A stretch of DNA of 64,000 bases from an uncultured Gammaproteobacteria bacterium. GTDB taxonomy: Bacteria > Patescibacteriota > Microgenomatia > UBA8517. The stretch is from NCBI GenBank assembly GCA_964600575.1, contig CAZRJH010000004.1:70711-134710 (forward strand), written 5' to 3'. Below, piece after piece: positions 29,501-38,500 of this stretch. The notes beneath the pieces were generated by a model that was not told the DNA's origin, did no database searches, and was given only the letters and a program-made list of their open reading frames with translations. Within the stretch, counting starts at the first letter, position 1; each line of letters opens with the position of its first letter. Position numbers and translations under genes: made by a program.

Positions 29501-32500
29501 ACCCGAACATGTAAGGTTGCCGTTGGCGCCGTCCATGGTACAACCTGTATCACCACTACCACCCTCGAATAGTATAGAAGCTGTTCCGCTTCCTGTTGGG
29601 CCAATGTTGAATGTGGTTGCAGCACCACCAAAGTTAATCGTTGTAGCTGTTGCGTTAAGGAGTGAGAAGCTGGTCTCATCAGTTGATATAGATGCTCCAT
29701 TAACAGCCAAGGAATTATTAACTGTTGTTGTACCTGTGGCTCCTCCAATTCCCAAAGTTGTTGCATTTGTAAATATATTTCCTGTAGTTTGAGATGTTGT
29801 TAAGTCACCTCCGTTAACTGCAACATCTCCGGCACAGGTTAGGTTGCCCGTGGCGTTTGCAATGGTACAACCTGTTGCAGCACTTCCACCTGCTATCTCT
29901 ACATCTCCGGCAGAAATGTTATTCAACTGCAAAGCGGAGGAATTTCCGGAATCGAGTCTTAAAATGCTTCCTGATTGAGAGTTGGATATTGAGTGGACAC
30001 CTGTTCCTGTAAAGGATATGCCGGCGGCATTGCCGGAAAATGTTTGACCGGTTGTACCTGCTGTTGAAATGTTCCCGGTTGAATCAACTGTGTAATAAGT
30101 TGCCCCTGCATTATCAAATCTTAAGAAATTTCCGCTAAAGTTACCTCCGCCTGTATTATCAAGATCTGCAAATATTGCATTACCCGAGAAAGCGTGTCCG
30201 TCTCCGCCACTTCCCAGTTTAACTAAATTACCCGTGGTTATTGCACTTGCTGTTGCCTCGAAAACATTACCTGTTGTTATTGTATTTGAGTTGAGTTTAA
30301 CAACACCGCCGTTTGTATTTTCTATACCAAAAGCTAGGAATTTGGCGGAGGATGTAGAGTTGCCTCCAACTACAACATCGTAGGTTTGGTTGGAAGGATA
30401 AAGTGTCTGATTCAAAAGTGCCCAATGACTTGCACCTGCAGGACAGTTGGCGCCACTGCTATCACAAACTGCAAATCCGTTTTGTGTAAATGCGTCTGCA
30501 TATATATTATCCCAGGGAAGTGAGCCGCTACCCAAATCGTTTGTTCCTGTTGTTCCTATCGGAATCAAATCGCTATCCTGCGCAACTCTGGCTGTAAATG
30601 TAATATTGTCCGTTATCGCGTCTCCAAGAGCAGTGTTACCGTTAACACTCAAGTCTCCGATTCCTGTTACATTTTGTCCGTTTCCTGTAACTGCTCCAAG
30701 AAGTGTAAATGCACCCAATCTTAATGTGCCCGCAGATGCCGTTATGTCATGACTGCCTGCCCCTGTTGCAAATGTTATATCTGAGTCGACTCCCGTGAGT
30801 GTTACACCTGTTGTTCCTGTTGTTGATATATTTCCGTTGGCATCAATTTGGAACGCGTCGCCGGTTCCGCCTGTCAGAGTTCCCGAAACATCCAAGTTTC
30901 CTGTTACATTTGTATTGTCTTGTAATTCAATTGTTCCTCCTGCATTCAAAATTACTTGGTCTGCAGATGTAAGAGTTATATCGTTACCTGCACCATTTGA
31001 TGTTAAGGAAGCTGTTGAGCCTTGTAATGTGATTGTTTGCCCTGTGACACCAACTGTAAGAGCGCCGCCCGGAGTTATGTTTAGCGCACCAGATGATGTA
31101 ATGTCACCGCCGTTTACTGCCAGGTCTCCCGAAGTAACAATGTTACCGGCCGAATTTACTGTCAAAACTGTTGCACCCGCATTATCAAATCTTAAGAAAT
31201 TACCCGTAAACGAACTTCCTCCTGTGTTGTCAAAATCCATGTAGATTCCATTACCTGTGAAGTTTCCGTTATCTCCACCTGTGCCCAATTTAACCAAGTT
31301 ACCCGAGGTTATAGCCGAAGCGGTTGCTTCAAAAACATTGCCTGTTGTTATTACAGTTGAATTTAGTTTGGCAATGTCACCGCCTGCAGTTTCTACACCA
31401 AATACCTGGAAAGCAGATCCTGTTGCAGTTCCTCCGATTGTTAGATCGTAAGTTGAATTGGCAGGGGAGATTATTTTGTTGTTTAACTGCCAGTAAAGCG
31501 AACCTGCAGGACAATTTGTTCCACTACTGTCACAAACTCCAAACCCGTTTTGAGTAAACGCATTTGCATATACATTGTCCCAAGGCAGGGAAGCACTACC
31601 CAAATCATTTGTTCCCGTTGTTGTTATGGGGAGTAAATCAACATCTTGAGCTACTCTTCCGGTGAATGTGATGCTGTCGGTTATCGCGTCTCCAAGAGTA
31701 GTATTACCGTTAACACTCAAGTCTCCGATTCCTGTCACATTTTGTCCGTTTCCTGTAACCGCTCCCAAAAGTGTGAACGCTCCCAGTCTGAGTGTTCCAG
31801 AAGATGCTGTTATGTCATGGTTTGATGTACCTGAGAATGTAAAATCAGCGTCGTTGCCACTTAAGGATATTCCGGTTGTTCCTGTTGAGCTGATATTGCC
31901 TGTTGAATCAACTTGGAATGCATTTGAGCCTCCGCTTGTCAGAGTTCCCGAAACATCCAAGTTCCCTGTGATGTTTGTGTTGTCTACTATTTCTACAGTT
32001 GTCCCTGCATCGAGAATTATTTGGTCGGCTGAAGTTAGCGATATGTCATTTCCTGCGCTGTTGGAAGTTATAGATATTGTCGAACCTTGCAGTGTTGCAG
32101 GTTGGGTTGTAACACCAGCTACCAAAGCTCCCGTTGGGGTAATATTCAAAGCACCTGTTGATGTAATATCGCCACCGTTTACTGCAACATCGCTTGCTAC
32201 TATGTTTCCGCTTGAATCAAAGTGGAAAGTTGTTCCACCCCCAACAGAAAAACCGTTTGAGTTTTGTAAGTATCCCGAAACTCCCGTAAGTGTATTGGAG
32301 TTGGGAAGTGTAAAGGTTCCTGTTGCGGTTAAGTTTGCTCCGTTTGCAGTTAATGCTGCCGACCCCCTGGAATTGATAACAACATTACCTGTAGAAGATC
32401 CTCCCAAGGTTAGGTCAGCCATATTTGTTGTTGCCAAATTTCCATTACCTGTTAAATAGGTTGCAACGTTGGCAACGGAACCTGATACGGATGCTGTTGG

Positions 32501-35500
32501 GGTTCCAGAGGCAACATTAATAAAGGCAAACTTTGCGGATGTTGTTGCGTTGGAACCTACTAAAAGGTCAACGGTATTGTTTACATTGTATAAAGCTCCA
32601 AGAGCTTGAGCCCAGTATCCTGCACCGGCGGGACAATTGTTTCCGCTTGCATCACAGACCGCGTTTCCGTTTTGGAACAAGTTGACTCCGTAAATGTTAT
32701 CCCAGGGGAGTGAACCACTTCCTAAATCATTTGTACCGGTTGTTGTTATGGGCAAAAGATCTGAATCCTGTGCAACTCTTCCTGTGAATGTAATGTTGTC
32801 AGTTATTGCGTTACCGATTGTTGAATCTCCATTAAGTGTAGTATTGCCATCTACACTCAAATCTCCGATACCTGTTACATTCTGATTGTTGCCTGTGATT
32901 GCCCCAATCAATGTAGTTGCACCCAGTCTCAATGTTCCAGAAGATGCTGTTATGTCATGGTTTGATGTACCGGAGAATGTAAAATCAGCGTCATTGCCAC
33001 TTAAGCTAATTCCTGTGGTTCCGGTTGAAGATATATTTCCTGTTGAGTCGATCTGGAATGCATTTGAACCTCCGCTTGTCAGAGTTCCCGAAACATCCAA
33101 GTTTCCTGTGATATTTGTATTGTCCTGAAGCTCAATTGTTGTTCCGGCATCAAATATTATCTGGTCGGCAGAAGTTAAGGTTATGTCGTTTCCGCCACCA
33201 TTTGAGGTAAGTGACAAAGTTGATCCCTGAAGTGTTGATGTTTGTCCTGTCGCTCCCACAACCAATGCACCACCCGGTGTGATATTTAGTGCCCCCGTTG
33301 ATGTAATATCGCCTCCGTTTACTGCAACATCACTTGCTACTATGTTTCCGCTTGAATCAAAGTGGAAAGTAGTTCCGCCGCCAACAGAATAACCGCCAGA
33401 AGTTTGGACATATCCGGAAACACCTGTCAAAGTATTGGAGTTGGGGAGTGTTAATGTTCCGCTTGCAGTTAGGTTGGCTGCGTTTGCAGTTAGCGCGGTT
33501 GACCCTCTTGAATTTATGACTACATTTCCCGTAGTGGCGCCACCCAATGTTAAATCAGCCATGTTTGTTGTGGCCAAGTTTCCGTTGCCTGTTAAGTAAG
33601 TGGCGACATTGGCAACAGACCCTGCTATTGTCGCGGTTGGTATACCTGCCGCAACATTTGTAAAGGCAAACTTTGCAGAGGCTGTTGCATTTCCACCGAT
33701 AAGCAAATCTGTTGAATTGTTTGTCGGATATAAAGCACCAAGGCTTTGATTCCAATAACCCGCTCCTGCAGGACAGTTGGCACCGCTTGCGTCACAGACT
33801 GCGTTGCCATTTTGTACAAACGCATTTGCATATACATTATCCCAAGGTAGGGAGGAACTTCCCAAATCATTTGTTCCCGTTGTCGTTATCGGGATTAAGT
33901 CACTATCCTGGGCAACTCTACCCGTAAATGTAATATTGTCCGTTATTGCGTTTCCGAATATCGAATCTCCGTTTAGGTTTGTGTTTCCTGTAACACCGAG
34001 AGCGTTATTGACGGTTGTTGTTCCGCTCCCTGCACCCAATCCCAAAGTTGTTGCATTCAAAAAGACATTGGCAGTTGTCTGATTTGTTGTTAGATCGCCT
34101 CCGTTAACCGCAACATCTCCTGCGGTTACAACATCACCTGTAGAATTAACTGTGAATAGGGTTGCCCCCGAATTATCAAATCTCAAAAAGTTTCCTGTGA
34201 AGTTACCTCCGCCTGTGTTATCAAGATCTGCAAAGATTGCGTTACCCGAGAAAGCATGTCCGTCTCCACCTGTTCCTAGCTTAACCAAATTACCCGAAGT
34301 GATAGCACTGGCTGTCGCCTCAAAAACATTACCCGTTGTTATTACTGTTGAGTTTAACTTTGCTATATCTCCGCCTGCGTTTTCTATACCAAACACCTGG
34401 AATGCGGAACCGGTTGCATTTCCTCCAACTGTCAAATCATAAGTTGAATTGGCAGGGGAGAGAATTTTGTTGGCAAGTTGCCACCAACCTTGGGTTCCGC
34501 TGGTTGCGGTAGAGGTTATGTTTCCACTACAAGTAAAGTTGCCTGTAGTTCCGTCGAGTGTACAACCTGTGTCTCCTGATCCGCCTGAAATAGCAACGCT
34601 TCCTGATGCTCCCGTGGGCCCAACATTCAAAGTTGTTGCGGCACTTGCAAAGTTAATTGTTGTAGCCGTTGAATTAACTAGATTAAAAGTTGTTTGATTT
34701 GTGGTTAAAGTTCCGCCGTTAACCGAAAGGGAGTTGTTAACTGTAGTTGTTCCGCTTCCTGCACCCAATCCCAAAGTTGTTGCATTTGTGAATAGGTTTG
34801 CAGTAGTTTGAGTGGTTGTTAGGTCACCTCCGTTAACTGCAACATCTCCGGCACAGGTTAAGTTACCAGTAGCGTTTGCGATTGTACAACCTGTTGCTGC
34901 ACTTCCGCCTGCGATTTCCACATCACCTGTAGAGGAGTTGTTAAGTTGCAAATTAGCAGAGTTTCCTGAATCAATTGTTAGAGCACTTGTTGAGTTTGAG
35001 TTGCTTATCGAGTGGGTGCCTGTGCCGCTGAATGTTAAGTCTGCACCTGCTCCGCTTTCTGTTATTCCTGTTGTTCCTTGGACTGTAAGGTTTCCCGCAA
35101 CAACAGTTGATGCATTGTTGATAGTTGTTGTCCCGCTTGCGTTCCCGATAGAAATTGTTGTTGCCGCACCTCCGACATTTAGAGTGGTTGCATTGGAGTT
35201 AAACAGATTCCCTGTAGATGCTGTGGTTGTTAGGTTGCCGCTATTGGCTGCAACATCTCCAGCTGCCACTACATTGCCGGATGCATCAACTGTAAATCTT
35301 GTAGTTGTTGCATTATCAAATCTTAAGAAATTACCCGTAAACGAACTTCCTCCTGTGTTGTCAAAATCCATGTAGATTCCATTACCTGTGAAGTTTCCGT
35401 TATCTCCGCCTGTTCCAAGTTTTACCAAGTTGCCTGAAGTTATGGCTGAGGCAGTTGCCTCAAAAACATTACCCGTTGTTATTACTGTTGAGTTTAACTT

Positions 35501-38500
35501 TGCTATGTCTCCGCCCGCGTTTTCTATTCCAAACACCTGGAAAGCAGAACCTGTTGCAGTCCCACCGATTGCTAAATCGTAAGAAGAAATCGAAGGGGAA
35601 ATTATTTTGTTATTTAACTGCCAATATGTTGCATTAACAGGGCAGTTAGCCCCGCTACTATCACAGACATTAAACCCATTTTGTACAAACGCATTTGCAT
35701 ATACATTATCCCAAGGTAGGGAGGAACTTCCCAAATCATTTGTTCCTGTTGTTGTTATCGGGATCAAGTCACTATCCTGGGCAACTCTGGCTGTAAAAGT
35801 TATAGCGTCTGTTATTGCATTACCAAGTGTTGTATCTGCGTTAACCTGGAGCGAATTTGCAACTGTTGTTGTTCCTGTTGCTGCCCCCAAAGATACTGTT
35901 GTTGCTGCACCTCCTATATTCAAAGTTGTGGCGTTGGAATTAAATAGTGTTGCAGTTCCTGTTGAAGTTGTTGTTAAGTCGGCCCCGTTTACCGCAACAT
36001 CACCTGCAAATGTGCCCGCGTTTGCATTTATGTTTCCGCTCCCGTCAAAGTAATATGTAGTGCCTCCACCCACAGAATATCCTGCAGATGATTGTAGGTA
36101 GTTGGCAACACCTGTAAGTGTTATGGAGTTGGGGAGATTGATTACTCCTGTTGTTGTAACATCGCCGTTTGAGCCAACAGTAAACCTGGTGCTACCGGCA
36201 TTGTCAAACTTTACAAAGTTACCCGTAAAGCTTCCTCCGCCTGTATTGTCAAAATCTGCATAAATTCCATTGCCTGTGAAGTTTTGATTTCCGCCTTCAC
36301 CAAGTTTTACTAAATTACCCGAGGTTATTGCACTTGCTGTTGCACTCAAAACATTGCCTGTTGTGATTTCGCTAGAAGTTAAACTGGCCACACTTCCGGA
36401 CGGTGTTTCTAATGCAAATGCCTGGAATTTTGCCGATGAGGTAGCGGTTCCTCCTACTGCCAGATCGTGGGTAATGTTGGCAGGGGAGAGAACTTTGTTT
36501 TGTAATTGCCAATAGTTCACTGATGAGCTTGCAGGACATCCTGTTCCTGTTATGTCACATACAGCATTTCCATTCTGGTAAAGATTTGTTCCATAAATAT
36601 TGGCCCATTGCAGGGAAGCGCTGCCCAAGTCGTAATTGTTGTTGGTTATCGGCAGCACGTTTGTATTAACTCTTCCGTTGAACGAGACTCCGTCGGTGGT
36701 TGCATCACCCAGAGTTGTATCACCTTTAATAAGAAGTGAATTATTTAGTGTTGTGGTGCCGCTTGTTGCACCAATATTTATCGTAGTTGCAGCACCCGCA
36801 AAGTTAAGTGTGGTTGTGGTTGCATTCAAGAGTGCAAAAGATGTTTCATCTGTTGTTATCGAAGCGCCGTTAACAGCCAAAGCATTGTTGACGGTTGTTG
36901 TTCCGCTCCCTGCACCCAACCCCAAAGTTGTTGCATTTGTGAATAGGTTTGCAGTAGTTTGAGTGGTTGTTAGGTCACCTCCGTTAACTGCAACATCTCC
37001 TGCGGCTATTACATTGCCAGAAGCGTCAACGCTGAACTGAGTTGCCCCCGCATTATCAAACTTTACAAAGTTACCTGTAAAGCTTCCTCCACCAGTGTTA
37101 TCAAAATCTGCATAAATTCCATTACCTGTGAAATTTTGATTTCCACCTTCTCCAAGTTTTATTAAATTACCCGAGGTTATAGCAGAAGCAGTTGCTTCAA
37201 AAACATTTCCCGAGGTTATAACGCTCGAAGTAATCTTGGCTAAATCTCCGGTTGCTTTTTCTACTCCAAATACTTGGAATGCCGAGCCTGTTGCGCTGCC
37301 TCCTATTGTCAAATCATAAGTTGTATTAGCAGGGGATAGAACTTTGTTTTGTAATTGCCACCAGCCTTGTGTACCCGAGGTTGCTAGCGAAACTATACTG
37401 CCGGAACAAGTAAAATTACCGTTACTGCCGTCTAATGTACAACCCGTGTCTCCCGATCCTCCCGAAAGTGTAACAACTCCTGCAGCACCGTTCGGCCCTA
37501 TGTTAAGTGTATTGGCTGCCCCCGCAAAATTAATTGTGGTTGCGTTTGTGTTAAAAAGTGTTGCGCTTGAAGCCGAAGTTGTTAAGTCGCCTCCGTTAAC
37601 TGCAACATCTCCGTTAAAAGTGCCGATATTTGCATTTAGATCACCGCTTGATGAAAAGTTGAATGTGTCGCTTCCGCCTACGGAAACTCCTTGGGAAAGT
37701 CTAAGAAAATTACTTACTCCTGTTACTGTGTTGGTGTTGGGAAAAGTGAGTGTACCCACAGTTGAAAGGTTTGCACCGTTTGCGGTGAGGGCTGCAAGTC
37801 CTCTTGAATTTATTGCTACATTACCTGCAGTTGAGCCGCCAAGGATAAGATCTGCCGCATTTGTGGTTGTTAAGTTTCCGTTACCGGTTAAGTAAGTTGC
37901 AACATTAGCAACCGAACCGGATATTGATGCCGTTGGAGTTCCGCCGTTTACTCCTGTAAATGCAAATTTGGCAGAGTCAGTTGCGTTTGATCCGATTAAT
38001 ACATCCACGGAATTGTTTTTGGGGAAGAGTGCGCCGTTACTTTGGGTCCAGAAAATAGAAGCAGCAGCTGCTGCTGAAGGGTCAACCCAACTTAATGTTC
38101 CGCTGCCGTCTGTTTGTAAAATATATCCAGAACTTTGTGATCCGGGCCAGGTGTATGGGATTCCGCCAAAAGTTGTCGTTCCACTTACCACTAAATTGTT
38201 ATTAACGGTTGTCGATCCTGTACCGGCACCTAGGCTTATTGTTGTTGCGCCGCCGCCGACGTTTAATGAAGTTACGCCGCTATTTACCAAGTTAAATGTT
38301 CCGCTTGTGGAAGTTATGTCACCACCATTAACCGCCAGATCACCGGCAGTTGTTGTATTACCGTTTGCAACATTAACGCTGAAGTTTGCACCACCTACGG
38401 TAAGATTTGCACCTGTTACATCGACCCCGTTTGTAGCATCTACATTTCCTGCGATAGTAACTTGGCCTGTTGAATTCAAACTTACGGCCCCTGTTCCGCT

